From NCBI GenBank assembly GCA_964291625.2, contig OZ220090.1:32001-96000 (forward strand): a stretch of DNA of 64,000 nucleotides, written 5' to 3'. Shown here one piece after another: positions 1 through 10,072 of the stretch. Source of the DNA: Candidatus Latescibacterota bacterium. Lineage in GTDB: Bacteria; Latescibacterota; UBA2968; UBA8231. The number at the start of each line of letters is the position of its first letter. Position 1 is the first letter of the stretch. Below the pieces are notes generated by a model that was given only the letters and a program-made list of their open reading frames with translations, was not told where the DNA came from and ran no database searches. The position numbers and the translations under genes were made by a program.

Positions 1-746
1 TTGCCGCGGACGATGCGGGCCAGCGAGGTCCAGCCCAGCAGGGAGAGGATGAGGGTGATCATGAAGTAGCTGGTCACCTGGTCGATGTCCGGCGGGATCG
101 CCGCCGACAGGGCCATCCACAGGGGGATCTGCGGGAAGGCGCGCAGCATCTCCACCGTGCGCTGCAGCAGCTCGTCGATCCAGCCTCCGAAGTAGCCGGA
201 GGTGACCCCGAGGACGGCGCCGAGGAGGACGCTGATGGTGACGCCCACGAGGCCGATGGTCAGGGAGATCCGCGCCCCGTAGAGGATGCGCGAGAAGAGG
301 TCGCGGCCCTGGCGGTCGGTGCCGAAGAGGAACAGCCCCTCCCCGGGCGGGGCGTCGACGCCGAAGAGGTGGAGGTCGGTCCGCAGGCCCAGGAAGGAGT
401 GCTCGTCGCCGCGGGCGAAGAGCCGGAAGGGGTGGATGCGCTCCGGGTCGGGCGCGTAGAGGGTGCGGCCGCTGCGCTCGTCGACGCTCGTCTTCAGGCC
501 GTAGGCGAAGGGCGGCCAGTGGAAGCCCTCCGCGGTGAACAGGTGCAGGCCCTGGGGCGGCACGTAGGCGCGGCGGGCGAAGCGGTGGTCGGGCCCGTAG
601 GGGGCCAGGAACCCGGAGAGCAGGGTCACCAGGTAGAGGAGGCCGAGGACGACGCCGGAGGCCAGGGCCACCCGGTTCCGGCGGAAGCCGATCCAGGCCA
701 GCTTCCACTGGCCCGCCGTGGAGAGGCTGTCCCGGGGCTCACTCAA
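1..746 (-). CDS. ABC transporter permease, OppC/DppC family (runs off the window edge)
   Basis: My own translation from TTG at 746: MSEPRDSLSTAGQWKLAWIGFRRNR...LFGTDRQGRDLFSRILYGARISLTIGL...WTSLARIVRG. These are typical OppC motifs; overlaps the stop of the upstream permease. Confidence 0.9.
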   Translation of the reverse strand, partial: MSEPRDSLSTAGQWKLAWIGFRRNRVALASGVVLGLLYLVTLLSGFLAPYGPDHRFARRAYVPPQGLHLFTAEGFHWPPFAYGLKTSVDERSGRTLYAPDPERIHPFRLFARGDEHSFLGLRTDLHLFGVDAPPGEGLFLFGTDRQGRDLFSRILYGARISLTIGLVGVTISVLLGAVLGVTSGYFGGWIDELLQRTVEMLRAFPQIPLWMALSAAIPPDIDQVTSYFMITLILSLLGWTSLARIVRG

Positions 747-1722
747 GGCGGATCCTCGGGTCGACGAGGGCCAGGAGGATGTCGGCCACGAGGTTGCCCA
801 GCAGGAGGAGCACCGCCAGCAGCATGAGGAAGGTGCCGGCCAGGTACATGTCCTGCGTCTCCAGGGCGCGGTAGAACAGGGGGCCCGTGGTCGGCAGGCC
901 CAGGACGATGGAGACGATGATCGAGCCCGAGACGAGCTGCGGGATCTGCAGACCCATGATGCTGATCATCGGGTTGATCGCCACGCGCACGGCGTACTTG
1001 TAGATCACCCAGCGCTCGGCCAGCCCCTTGGCGCGGGCCGTGGTGATGTAGGGGCGGCCGAGGACGTCGAGCATGCTCGTGCGCATGAGGCGGGTCATCG
1101 TCGCCGTGCCCGCGGCGCCGATGACGACGACCGGGATCCACAGGTGGCGCAGCAGGTCCCACACCCGGTCCAGGCTCCAGGGGGCGTACTTGTACTCCGG
1201 CGAGAACAGGCCTCCGGCGCTGCCCCCGAACCAGAACACGGAGGCGTACATCGCCACCAGGGCGATGACGAAGTTGGGGACGCAGAGGCCGATGAAGGCG
1301 ACGAAGGTCAGGGCGTAGTCGCCCGCCGAGAGGCGGTGGCGGGCCGAGTAGATGCCGATGGGGATGGCCACGGCCCACATGAACAGCAGCGACCCGAGGG
1401 ACATGACGAAGGTCAGGCCGAGGCGCTCGCCGATGAGGTCGGCCACCGGCCGGCGCCACTCGAAGGAGTAGCCGAAGTCCCCCTGCAGGCAGCCCCCGAT
1501 CCAGTAGACGTACTGCTTCCACAGGGGCTCGTCGAGGTGGTACTGCTCGCGCAGGGCGTCGAAGGCCTGCTGGTCGGCGCGGGACTCGCTCTCGGCCAGC
1601 TGCGCCTGCAGGGAGTCGAAGAAGTCGCCCGGGGGCAGCTGGATGATGACGAAGGTCAGGATCGAGATGACGAACAGGGTCGGCACCAGCCGCAGGAGCC
1701 GCCGCAGGATGTAGGTCGCCAT
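739..1722 (-). CDS. ABC transporter permease, OppB/DppB family
   Basis: MATYILRRLL start, PPGD motif, EAA-like loop YITTARAKGLAE, C-terminal ADILLALVDPRIR. Confidence 0.92.
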   Translation of the reverse strand: MATYILRRLLRLVPTLFVISILTFVIIQLPPGDFFDSLQAQLAESESRADQQAFDALREQYHLDEPLWKQYVYWIGGCLQGDFGYSFEWRRPVADLIGERLGLTFVMSLGSLLFMWAVAIPIGIYSARHRLSAGDYALTFVAFIGLCVPNFVIALVAMYASVFWFGGSAGGLFSPEYKYAPWSLDRVWDLLRHLWIPVVVIGAAGTATMTRLMRTSMLDVLGRPYITTARAKGLAERWVIYKYAVRVAINPMISIMGLQIPQLVSGSIIVSIVLGLPTTGPLFYRALETQDMYLAGTFLMLLAVLLLLGNLVADILLALVDPRIRLE

Positions 1723-1731
1723 GGCCCGCTC

Positions 1732-3669
1732 TCAGCGCCCGGCCCCGGCGCTGCGGCTGAAGAAGGTCTCGGGGTTGAGGTACCCCGGGGTCATGGTGAC
1801 CCAGGAGGAGATCGCCCTCTCCGGGACGTTGCCGAAGTCGTCGCTCAGCACGCCGATCTGCGATCCCTGGGTCACCAGCGGGATGACCCACATGTTCTCG
1901 GCGTGGTTGCCGATCACCTCGCGCCACAGCCGCTGCCGCTCGGCGCGGTCCACGGTGACCGACATGATACCCTGGATCTCCTGGAGGCGTCTGGCCTCGG
2001 GCGGCGGCTCGGCGCCGCGGCGGGCGCCGCTGAGGTACCAGCGCGCCCAGTGGTGGGCCCATTCCGCCCACAGGCTGGTGGCGAACCAGCGGGGCGAGCT
2101 CAGCAGCGGAAAGGTCGCCTCGGCGCCGACGATGCCGATCATGTGCTCGCCGTTCTGGGTGACCCGCTGGTGGTAGAGGGTCCTCTCCTCCGGCTTCAGG
2201 GCCGTCTGGACCCCCACCTCCTCCCACTGGGAGCGGACGATCTCCACGGCGTCCATGTCCGGCCCCTCGACGACCATGAGCTCGAGGATCAGGCTCACGC
2301 GCTCGCCGTCGGGCCCCAGGCGGAAGCCGGCGTCGTCGCGGCGGTCGAGACCGATCGAGTCGAGCAGGGCCCGGGCGCGCTCCGGGTCGTAGCGGGTGTA
2401 GTCGGGCGCCTCCGGCACCTCCACGTAGTCCGGGGCCGAGGGGTGCAGGGCCATGGGCGTGATCCGTCCCGAGCCGCCGTAGCACAGTCGGTTGATCAGC
2501 CCCCGGTCGATGGCCAGCGACAGGGCGATGCGCAGATGGCGGTTCTTCAGCAGCTCGCGGACCACGGGATCGCCGGGGTACTCCAAGTTGGGCATGATCC
2601 CCCGGATGCCGGGGGCGTCGTACTCGATGATGCGGTAGCCGCGCTCCCCGGTGAAGGAGCGCAGCAAGGGCAGGTCCTCGCGGTTGAAGTGGCGAAACTG
2701 CATCTGCAGGGCGCCGGTGACCGCCCGGAAGTTGATCATCTCCCGGTTGAGGAAGATCTCCATGCGGATGCGGTCGAGGTAGGGGAGCTGGTTGCCCGCC
2801 GGGTCGACCTTCCAGTAGTAGGGGTTGCGCTCGGCCAACAGGTGGCTTCCCGGTTTCCACTCGGCCACGCGCCAGGCGGACATGACCGGGCGCTCGGGGT
2901 TGAAGTCGTTGGCCTTCTGCTCGAAGAGGGAGTACCCGGCCAGGTCGTCGGCGCCCGCCGCCGGCAGGTAGGGCTCCAGGTAGTGGCGGGGGGCGAAGAA
3001 CCCGGCGCGCTCGAAGACCAGGGGCCACTGGTTGCCCTTGAAGGCGAGGTACTTCACCGCCAGCGGGTAGGGCCTGGCGAAACGCAGCTCCACGGTGAAG
3101 CTGTCGATGCGGGCCAGCTCCATGGGCTCGTCGTCGGGGGTCCAGTAGCGGGGCACGGCGCCGCTGAGGTTGGGGTCGCGGGCGATCTTCTCCCACCAGA
3201 ACAGCACGTCGTCGGCCGAGAACGGATGGCCGTCCGACCAGCGCAGGCCCCGGCGCAGGTGCAGGCGCAGGGTGCGGTCGCCGTCGGCGTACTCCCAGCG
3301 CTGCACGAGCCCCGGGCCGACCTCGAGGCCGCCCTCCTCGCCGGCGCGCCAGCGGACCATCTGCTCGTAGACGCAGCGGCCGTAGGCGTGGAAGTCGCTG
3401 GAGCCGCGCATCATGCGGTGCCAGGTGCCGCCGTAGCGGCCGATCTCGTGGGCCGGGGTCACCACCATCGGCTCCGGCGGCAGGCGCTCGGCCAGCGGCG
3501 GCAGCTCGCCGCGCCGGACCGCCTCCTCGAGCATCGGCGCCTGGCGGTAGGGTATCGCCGCGGCTTCCGGCGCCGGCGCCAGCAGCAGGCATGCCATGAC
3601 GGGCAGGCGCACCCGCAGGGCGCCGCACGGTCTGCTACCCCGCCGGATATCCGCAGTGCTCACCGGCAA
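1732..3669 (-). CDS. ABC transporter substrate-binding protein, family 5 (true start probably ~3597-3612)
   Basis: QAPMLEE..GELPPLAERLP.EP, IGRYGGT, LRWSDGHPFSADDV, RNPYYWKVDPAGNQLPYLD motifs; lies upstream of the two permeases. Confidence 0.9.
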   Translation of the reverse strand: MPVSTADIRRGSRPCGALRVRLPVMACLLLAPAPEAAAIPYRQAPMLEEAVRRGELPPLAERLPPEPMVVTPAHEIGRYGGTWHRMMRGSSDFHAYGRCVYEQMVRWRAGEEGGLEVGPGLVQRWEYADGDRTLRLHLRRGLRWSDGHPFSADDVLFWWEKIARDPNLSGAVPRYWTPDDEPMELARIDSFTVELRFARPYPLAVKYLAFKGNQWPLVFERAGFFAPRHYLEPYLPAAGADDLAGYSLFEQKANDFNPERPVMSAWRVAEWKPGSHLLAERNPYYWKVDPAGNQLPYLDRIRMEIFLNREMINFRAVTGALQMQFRHFNREDLPLLRSFTGERGYRIIEYDAPGIRGIMPNLEYPGDPVVRELLKNRHLRIALSLAIDRGLINRLCYGGSGRITPMALHPSAPDYVEVPEAPDYTRYDPERARALLDSIGLDRRDDAGFRLGPDGERVSLILELMVVEGPDMDAVEIVRSQWEEVGVQTALKPEERTLYHQRVTQNGEHMIGIVGAEATFPLLSSPRWFATSLWAEWAHHWARWYLSGARRGAEPPPEARRLQEIQGIMSVTVDRAERQRLWREVIGNHAENMWVIPLVTQGSQIGVLSDDFGNVPERAISSWVTMTPGYLNPETFFSRSAGAGR

Positions 3670-3820
3670 ATGGAATCTCTCCAGCGATCAGGAATCGAAG
3701 GGCGTGAACATAGGCAGGAAATCGGCTGCCTGCCCGTGCGGGTCCCGGTGCCTTCACGCTTGCACGGGCCGGCGCCCCGGGCGAGCTTGATCGCCGCCCC
3801 ATCATCAAAGGAGCCAGCCA

Positions 3821-5077
3821 ATGAGACGTCGGCATTTCCTCGGCGCCCTCGGAAGCTCACTCGCCGCCTCGGCGGCCCTCGGCCCGCTGCCGCTGCTGGC
3901 CGCCGCCCTCGACAGCCGCCACCTCGTGGCCACGCCGGAGGCCCGGGCCCGCTACCTGGCCCGCATGCTCGACATGCTGTGCACGGGCTTCGGCCCGCGC
4001 TACGCCGGCAGCGAGGACTACGACCTCTCCGCCGAGCTGATCCGCCGGGAGCTGGCCCTGGCCGTGCCGCAGACCGAGCTCGACTGGTTCGAGTTCCGCG
4101 GCTGGCGCCTGGTGGAGGAGCCCGTGTTCTACTGCGGCGGCCGCAGCCTGGAGTGCTACCCCGCCTTCGGCAGCGCCTGGCCCCCGGAGCAGGGGGCCCG
4201 CGGGACCCTGAAGGCCGGGGAAGAGGAGGGGGGCGTCCCCTTCGCCATCGTCGATCCCGCGTCGGGAAAGGCGGCGGCCCACGTGACGATCAGCGCCTAC
4301 GGCCGGGCGGTGACCGGCGCCATCTCGCCCGAACACGAGAGCGCCTCCATCCCCCGGGTGTGCGTCGGCAAGCAGGACGTCTCCTTCCTCCGGCAGGCCG
4401 CCGCCGAGGGTGCGGGGGCGCGCCTGCACTTCAAGGCGGAGTTCGTCCCCGGCGCCCGCACCTGCAACATCGTCGGCACCCTCCCCGGCGAGACGGAGGA
4501 GGAGATCCTCGTCTTCGCCCACGCCGACACCCAGTACAACACGCCGGGGGCCAACGACAACACCGCCTCCCTCATCGTCGTGCTCATGCTCGCCCACGCC
4601 GTCTCGGGCACCCGCCCCAGGCGCACCCTGACCTTCATGGGCACCGGCGCCGAGGAGTACAACCTGCTGGGGGCCCTGCACTACGCCGTCCGGAGAGAGG
4701 CCGAGGGCACCCTCGACCGCATCCGCTTCTGCGTCAACTTCGACTCCCTCACCTACGGCCCCAACCTCTACGTGCACACCGACGACCCCGAGCTGGTGCG
4801 GGTCATGGACGCCATCCAGGACGACCTGCGCCCCCACAACCGGTTCGATCCGGCCTATCCGATCGCCTTCGAGTACCAGGACTTCATCCGCGGCGAGGCC
4901 CGGATCTTCAGCGACGCCGGGGCCCGCACCATCGACCTCAACAGCCGCGGCTACGACGAGGAGCAGCTGCCCCTGTGGCACCGCCCCGAGGACACGGCCG
5001 AGACGGTGCCCCTCGACTGCGTGGAGAACAGCTTCCGGGTCTTCGACGAGTACCTGCGGCGGATCCAGAGGCTGTAG
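3821..5077 (+). CDS. M28-family zinc peptidase with Tat signal peptide
   Basis: MRRRHFLG twin-arginine motif; metal-ligand motifs AHAD, PGANDN, GAEE, NFDSL, WHRPED. Confidence 0.82.
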   Translation: MRRRHFLGALGSSLAASAALGPLPLLAAALDSRHLVATPEARARYLARMLDMLCTGFGPRYAGSEDYDLSAELIRRELALAVPQTELDWFEFRGWRLVEEPVFYCGGRSLECYPAFGSAWPPEQGARGTLKAGEEEGGVPFAIVDPASGKAAAHVTISAYGRAVTGAISPEHESASIPRVCVGKQDVSFLRQAAAEGAGARLHFKAEFVPGARTCNIVGTLPGETEEEILVFAHADTQYNTPGANDNTASLIVVLMLAHAVSGTRPRRTLTFMGTGAEEYNLLGALHYAVRREAEGTLDRIRFCVNFDSLTYGPNLYVHTDDPELVRVMDAIQDDLRPHNRFDPAYPIAFEYQDFIRGEARIFSDAGARTIDLNSRGYDEEQLPLWHRPEDTAETVPLDCVENSFRVFDEYLRRIQRL

Positions 5078-5101
5078 CGGCGGACCGGCCGGGGCCGGCC
5101 G

Positions 5102-5130
5102 TTGATGTGGGGCGCCCTCCGGCGTAACAT
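5102..5130 (+). promoter_or_regulatory. Putative sigma70-type promoter of the first epimerase gene
   Basis: TTGATG (5102-5107), 17-bp spacer, TAACAT (5125-5130). Confidence 0.4.
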
Positions 5131-5169
5131 GCCCCCGGCAACCGTTCCCGCATCGCGGAGATGGCCGTC

Positions 5170-6513
5170 ATGAAGCGACGCGACCTCCTCAAAGGGCTGA
5201 TCCTCGCGCCCGTGGCCGATCTCGCCCCGGTCCTGAAGGTAGAAGCCGCCGCCTCCACCTCCGCCGCGGCCTCTGCGGAGCCGGGCGTGAGGCCGTCCAC
5301 GGCGGGCCTGCGCTCGCGGATCGCCGGCATGAGCCTCGAGGCCCTCCGCGAGCGGTACCGCAGCGACCTCTTCGACGACTACCTGCCCTTCTGGGAGCGG
5401 ACCGGCTTCGACTTCGAGCGGGGCGGCTTCATGTGCGCCGTCGACCACGACGGCACCCAGGTGAACACCGACAAGCACATGTGGTACCAGGGGAGGGGGA
5501 TGTGGACCCACGCCTTCGCCTACAACCACTTCGGCGGCGAGATCCACCTCGAGATGGCGCGCAAGACCCGCGATTTCATCCTGCGCCACGGCATGGACGC
5601 CGACGGCAACTGGGTCCGGACCCTCGACCGCGAGGGCGGCCACAAGGGCGGCGCCGACCGCATGGGCTATACCGCCCTCTTCATCGCCGAGGGGCTCCAG
5701 GAGTACGCCGGGGCCGCCGGGGACGAGGAGTCGATGGACCTGGCCGTCGAGAGCTTCTGGAAGGGGGCGAGGCTCTACGACGATCCGCGGCGGGACGTGG
5801 GACAGGGCTACCTGCCGGTCAGCTACCCCGGGATGCGCATCCAGGGCTTCGAGATGGTCACCATCGTGCTGCTGACCCAGCTGCTGCAGAAGCGCGCCGA
5901 CCCGAAGCTGGAGGCGCGGCTTGCCCACGCGGTGGAAGTCGTCATGGAGCGGTTCTGGAACCCCGAGTACCGCCTCAACAACGAGGCCCTGAACCACGAC
6001 TACGAGCGCCCCGACGACGACAACGAGGACTATGTCTACCTGGGCCACGCCATCGAGACCTTCTGGATGATCCTCCACGAGGCGCTGCGCCGCGGCGACC
6101 GGGCTCTCTTCGACCTCGCCGCGGAACGCATGAGGCGGCACATGGAGGTCGCCTGGGACGATGTCTACGGCGGCTTCTTCCGCGCCATGGAAGTCCACGG
6201 ATCGTTCACCTTCGACAAGGTCCTGTGGCTCCAGGAAGAGGTCCTCATCGGCACGATGATCCTTCTCGAGCACACCGACCTCGAGTGGCCCGAGCGGTGG
6301 TTCGGCCGCACCTTCCGCTACGTTCAGGAGAAGTTCCCGCTGAAACCCCACGGCTACCCCATGTGGATCATGGGAGGGGACCGCAAGGTCACCTTCCGGC
6401 CCCGCACCTCGCGCAAGGGCAACTACCACCACCCCCGGCACCTGATGCTCAACCTCCTCGCCCTCGACCGCATGATCGCACGCGGCGGCGGCGTGAGCGA
6501 CGTCTGGCAGTAG
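5170..6513 (+). CDS. AGE-family (N-acylglucosamine 2-epimerase-like) epimerase/isomerase with Tat-like signal
   Basis: MKRRDLLKG leader; WYQGRG, LGHAIE, KVLWLQEE and KGNYHHPR correspond to the Arg/His/Glu/His active-site motifs of AGE enzymes. Confidence 0.85.
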   Translation: MKRRDLLKGLILAPVADLAPVLKVEAAASTSAAASAEPGVRPSTAGLRSRIAGMSLEALRERYRSDLFDDYLPFWERTGFDFERGGFMCAVDHDGTQVNTDKHMWYQGRGMWTHAFAYNHFGGEIHLEMARKTRDFILRHGMDADGNWVRTLDREGGHKGGADRMGYTALFIAEGLQEYAGAAGDEESMDLAVESFWKGARLYDDPRRDVGQGYLPVSYPGMRIQGFEMVTIVLLTQLLQKRADPKLEARLAHAVEVVMERFWNPEYRLNNEALNHDYERPDDDNEDYVYLGHAIETFWMILHEALRRGDRALFDLAAERMRRHMEVAWDDVYGGFFRAMEVHGSFTFDKVLWLQEEVLIGTMILLEHTDLEWPERWFGRTFRYVQEKFPLKPHGYPMWIMGGDRKVTFRPRTSRKGNYHHPRHLMLNLLALDRMIARGGGVSDVWQ

Positions 6514-6523
6514 AGCGTCCGTC

Positions 6524-6541
6524 CCGGCCGGGCCCGGCCGG
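6524..6541. terminator. GC-rich 18-bp palindrome between convergent genes, possible terminator
   Basis: CCGGCCGGGCCCGGCCGG is self-complementary; no U-tract. Confidence 0.3.
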
Positions 6542-6542
6542 C

Positions 6543-8513
6543 TCAGATCACGAAGATCATGTTGTCGGTCATGCCCGTGAAGGCGTCGATCAGCGTCCAC
6601 GCGCCGACCGAGACGAACTGACCGAGCACGAGGCCGAGGAAGAAGGGCCGCAGGGCGCGGAACATCCTCGGCCCGCCGTAGTGCAGGACGCCGATCTTCA
6701 CCAGCCAGGCCAGGAAGATGCTGAACCACGTCCAGTCCATCACCCGGCTGCCGGCGACGGCCAGCCCCAGCGGATGGAGGGGCCACCACAGGTACTTGTA
6801 GCGCAGGAAGGTGAGCAGCCCCATGGCCGAGGCCCCGAAGCCCATGTTCATCCACATGCCCCAGGTCAGGTCGATGGGCCGGCTGACCACCGTGGAGACC
6901 AGGTTGAAGGGCAGCAGGTTCGCCCCCAGGCAGAACCAGGAGTGGATGTTGACCCCCCCCACGTCGTAGGCGAGGTGCAGCATGAGACCGAAGGAGACGA
7001 CGAGGGAGACCGCCAGGGATGCGAAGACGCAGCCGAAGACGAGGCGCTTGCTGCCGCGGAAGCGGGCGTCGTCGAGGAGTTTCAGGCCGTTGGCGATGGA
7101 CGCCATGAGGAAGGTGCGGATGTCCGAGGACCAGCCGTAGGTGTAGCCCAGGGCCGTCACCCCCTGCGCTCCGAGGGAGGGCGTGCCCACGGCGTAGAGC
7201 ATGAAGTTCGGGGCGATGAGGGGCGCCCGGCAGGCGGCCATGCCGCCCTCGACGACGATCCGGGTGATGGCGATGAAGATGACGAAGGCGATGAACAGGA
7301 ACAGCACCCCCGCCCACACCGGCAGGCCGGCGGCGCTCAGCCACAGGAGCATGACCGCCGCCGAGACCAGCAGGCCGAGGACGGCGTTGCGGTAGGAGAG
7401 GATCTCGCCGGAATCGTCCACGTCGGGGGCGCGGGTGAAGGCCTTGCGCACCACGTCCTTCAGGTGGCCCCGGGCGACCCAGGCTCCGTAGAGGACGAGG
7501 GTCACCATGGCGCCGATGGCGGTGGAGGAGAAGATCCCCGAGCTGCCGCCGTAGTGGTTGACGCGAAGCCGCAGGTAGACCCCCACCGTGTTGAAGACCC
7601 CGTTCAGGACCTTGGCGAGGACATCGAGAAACCAGAGCCCGAAGGCCACGTCCTGATTGATCAGGTAGGCGAAGCCGAGGACCGGGAAGCTGATCATGAA
7701 CCGCAGCTGGATCGATTCCCGGAGCATGGGCAGGGTGATGCCGGGGTAGAGCACGTTGAGGGAGGGGATGAAGTCGTAGTACTCGTGGAGACCGATGGAG
7801 GAGGTGACGATGGAGGCCACGGTGAAGCCCAGCCACATGAGCGGGTTCCTGAAGAAGCTCGAGAGCAGGCCGCCGCGCTGCTCCCCGATCATGTCCAGGG
7901 GAGCCCGGACGATCGGGTAGATGAGCCTCTCGTTCTCGATCCACTGCTTCCGCAGGATCACCATGAGGGCCACCATGGCGAAGTAGAAGGCGGCGAAGAA
8001 CACGCTCCAGAAGGCGAGGGGCCGCAGCCACAGGCCCCAGGGGATGGATGCGCCCTCCGGCAGGCCCTCGAAGAAGTACTTGGCGGCCAGGGGATCCTCG
8101 ACCACCATCCAGCCGCGGACGAAGGGGGCCACCAGGTTGGCCCAGTCGTTCTCCGGGGTGGCGAAGTAGGGGAGCGTCGCCATCAGCGGGATCTGGTAGT
8201 GGGTGAGCCCCATCCCCGTGACCGCGCACGACGTCATCATCATCACGTAGACGAGGATCAGCTCCGCCGGACGGAAGGCAACCCTCGGGCCGAGGAGCTT
8301 GAGGACCACGTTGACGCCGGCCACCAGGAAGAAGAACACGAACAGGGCGCCCCCGGTGCTGAAGTCGTCGGACATTCGGGAGCTGCGCAGGAAGATCTCG
8401 CCGTACTGGGTCCCTCCGGCCACGAGGGCCGAGCAGACCAGGCCGGTGAGGAAAGCGCGGAGGGTGACGCCGGAGGACTTCGTTCCCGCCGCGGCCGGGG
8501 CCGGTTCGGTCAT
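6543..8513 (-). CDS. Polytopic membrane protein, DUF6785/DUF6784-like putative transporter
   Basis: Many TM segments; ELILVY, YFATPENDW, LRKQWIENERLIYPIV, WWPLHPLG and YGGPRMFRALRPFFLGLVLG motifs. Confidence 0.7.
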   Translation of the reverse strand: MTEPAPAAAGTKSSGVTLRAFLTGLVCSALVAGGTQYGEIFLRSSRMSDDFSTGGALFVFFFLVAGVNVVLKLLGPRVAFRPAELILVYVMMMTSCAVTGMGLTHYQIPLMATLPYFATPENDWANLVAPFVRGWMVVEDPLAAKYFFEGLPEGASIPWGLWLRPLAFWSVFFAAFYFAMVALMVILRKQWIENERLIYPIVRAPLDMIGEQRGGLLSSFFRNPLMWLGFTVASIVTSSIGLHEYYDFIPSLNVLYPGITLPMLRESIQLRFMISFPVLGFAYLINQDVAFGLWFLDVLAKVLNGVFNTVGVYLRLRVNHYGGSSGIFSSTAIGAMVTLVLYGAWVARGHLKDVVRKAFTRAPDVDDSGEILSYRNAVLGLLVSAAVMLLWLSAAGLPVWAGVLFLFIAFVIFIAITRIVVEGGMAACRAPLIAPNFMLYAVGTPSLGAQGVTALGYTYGWSSDIRTFLMASIANGLKLLDDARFRGSKRLVFGCVFASLAVSLVVSFGLMLHLAYDVGGVNIHSWFCLGANLLPFNLVSTVVSRPIDLTWGMWMNMGFGASAMGLLTFLRYKYLWWPLHPLGLAVAGSRVMDWTWFSIFLAWLVKIGVLHYGGPRMFRALRPFFLGLVLGQFVSVGAWTLIDAFTGMTDNMIFVI

Positions 8514-8526
8514 CTGGGGCGGGGGC

Positions 8527-9753
8527 TCACTGCGCCCAGAAGCCGGAGACCTCGCCGCCTCTGTCGGCCATCCGCCGGAAGGCGAGGAGGTTGCGCATCA
8601 GGTGGCGGGGGTGGTGGTAGATGTCGGCGCGGGACGTGCCGGAGGTGAAGGTCACCTTGCGGTCGCCGCCCCGTGTGAAGGTCCGGTAGCCGTGGGGACC
8701 CAGGTAGAACCGGTCCTGCACGTACTCGTAGGTCTTCCCGAACCACTGCTCCGGCCAATCCAGCGTCGTGTGCTCCATGAGGATGGCGTTGCCGATGAGG
8801 ACCTCCTCCTGCAGCCAGAGCACCTTGTCGAAGGTGTAGCCGCCGTGGATCTCCACGGCGCGGAAGAACCCGTCGTAGACGTCGTCCCAGGCGACCTCCA
8901 TGTGCCGGCGGAAGCGCTCGGCGGCAAGGTCGAAGAGCGCCCGGTCGCGGCGCCGCATCGCCTCGGGCATCACCATCCACAGGGTCTCGATGGCGTGGCC
9001 GAGGTAGATGAAGTCCTCGTTGTCGTCGTCGGGGCGTTCGTAGTCGTGGTTCAGGGCTTCGTTGGTGAGCTGGTACTCCGGGTTCCAGAAGCGGTGGATG
9101 ATGCCGTCGAGGACGCGGTCGGCCAGGGCCTCCAGCTTCGGGTCGGAGTGCTGGCTGAGGATCTGCGACAGGATCAGGATGGCGATCATGTGGCTGCCCA
9201 GGGTGCGCATCCCCGGGTAGGAGAGGGGGATGTATCCCTGCGTCGTGTCGATCTCCGGATCGTCCCACCGGTCCATGGCTCGCCAGAGGCTGTCGACGGC
9301 CAGGTCCATCGACTCCGGGTCGCCGGTGGCCCGGGCGTACTCCTGCAACCCCTCGGCCACGAACATGGCCGTGTAGCCCCGGGCCTCGGCGGGACCGGTG
9401 ACGTTGCCCTCGCGGTCCAGGCCCGTCACCCAGTTGCCGTCCTCGTCGCGCCCGTGGCGCAGGAGGAAGTCCCGGGTCTTGCGCGCCACCTCGAGGTGCT
9501 CCTCGCCGCCGAAGTGGTTGTACAGATAGGAGTAGGTCCACAGGCCGCGGCCCTGGTACCACATGTACTTGGAGTCGTCCCGCAGGTTGCCGTCGAGGTC
9601 CCTGCTGCACAGGAATCCCCCGAGCTCGTGGTCGACCCCGTGGCGGTCCCACAGGGGCAGGAACTCCTCGAAGAGCTGGCGGTGGTAGCGGTCCCGCAGC
9701 TCCTCCAGGCTCCTGCCGGCGATCTGCGTCGTGCCCGTGGTGGGTCCCTTCAT
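8527..9753 (-). CDS. AGE-family epimerase/isomerase, cytoplasmic paralog
   Basis: Same motifs as 5170-6513 (MWYQGRG, EALNHDYERPDDDNED, LGHAIE, YHHPRHLM); no signal peptide. Confidence 0.85.
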   Translation of the reverse strand: MKGPTTGTTQIAGRSLEELRDRYHRQLFEEFLPLWDRHGVDHELGGFLCSRDLDGNLRDDSKYMWYQGRGLWTYSYLYNHFGGEEHLEVARKTRDFLLRHGRDEDGNWVTGLDREGNVTGPAEARGYTAMFVAEGLQEYARATGDPESMDLAVDSLWRAMDRWDDPEIDTTQGYIPLSYPGMRTLGSHMIAILILSQILSQHSDPKLEALADRVLDGIIHRFWNPEYQLTNEALNHDYERPDDDNEDFIYLGHAIETLWMVMPEAMRRRDRALFDLAAERFRRHMEVAWDDVYDGFFRAVEIHGGYTFDKVLWLQEEVLIGNAILMEHTTLDWPEQWFGKTYEYVQDRFYLGPHGYRTFTRGGDRKVTFTSGTSRADIYHHPRHLMRNLLAFRRMADRGGEVSGFWAQ

Positions 9754-10072
9754 GGCGAGGGGTCTCCGTGAATGCCTGGTCGGCGTGTGTGGGGCGGCCA
9801 ATAATAGGCGGTCCCGGGCCCCGGCGCCTCACCTGCCGGCACCGGGGCGGCACCGAACCTCTAGAGGGAGGCGTAACGGACAGCCGCAGAATAGGTTACG
9901 TGTTGTTTCCGGAGCTTCCGGCGAGCGACTCGTCCCCGCCGACCCGAGGGCGGCCCAGAAAAGGTTTGGAGATCGTCCGATCGCTCATTACCTTGATAGG
10001 ATACCGCCGTACCCGGCGGCCACGGAGTCTTCGTCGATCAATCCACACTTACACAGAATCAGGAGCAAGCGC

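Noticed and set aside
718-5127. 1469-aa + strand ORF and similar very long ORFs (4951-8229, 5433-8648, 16005-19580, 19892-23332, 57410-60808)
   Set aside because: Antisense or alternate-frame shadows of well-supported genes caused by high GC3; no motifs, low-complexity Arg/Gly/Pro or Val/Asp/Glu translations.
9966-9994. Possible promoter TTGGAG-17-TACCTT upstream of the envelope cluster
   Set aside because: Weak match to consensus; cannot be distinguished from chance.
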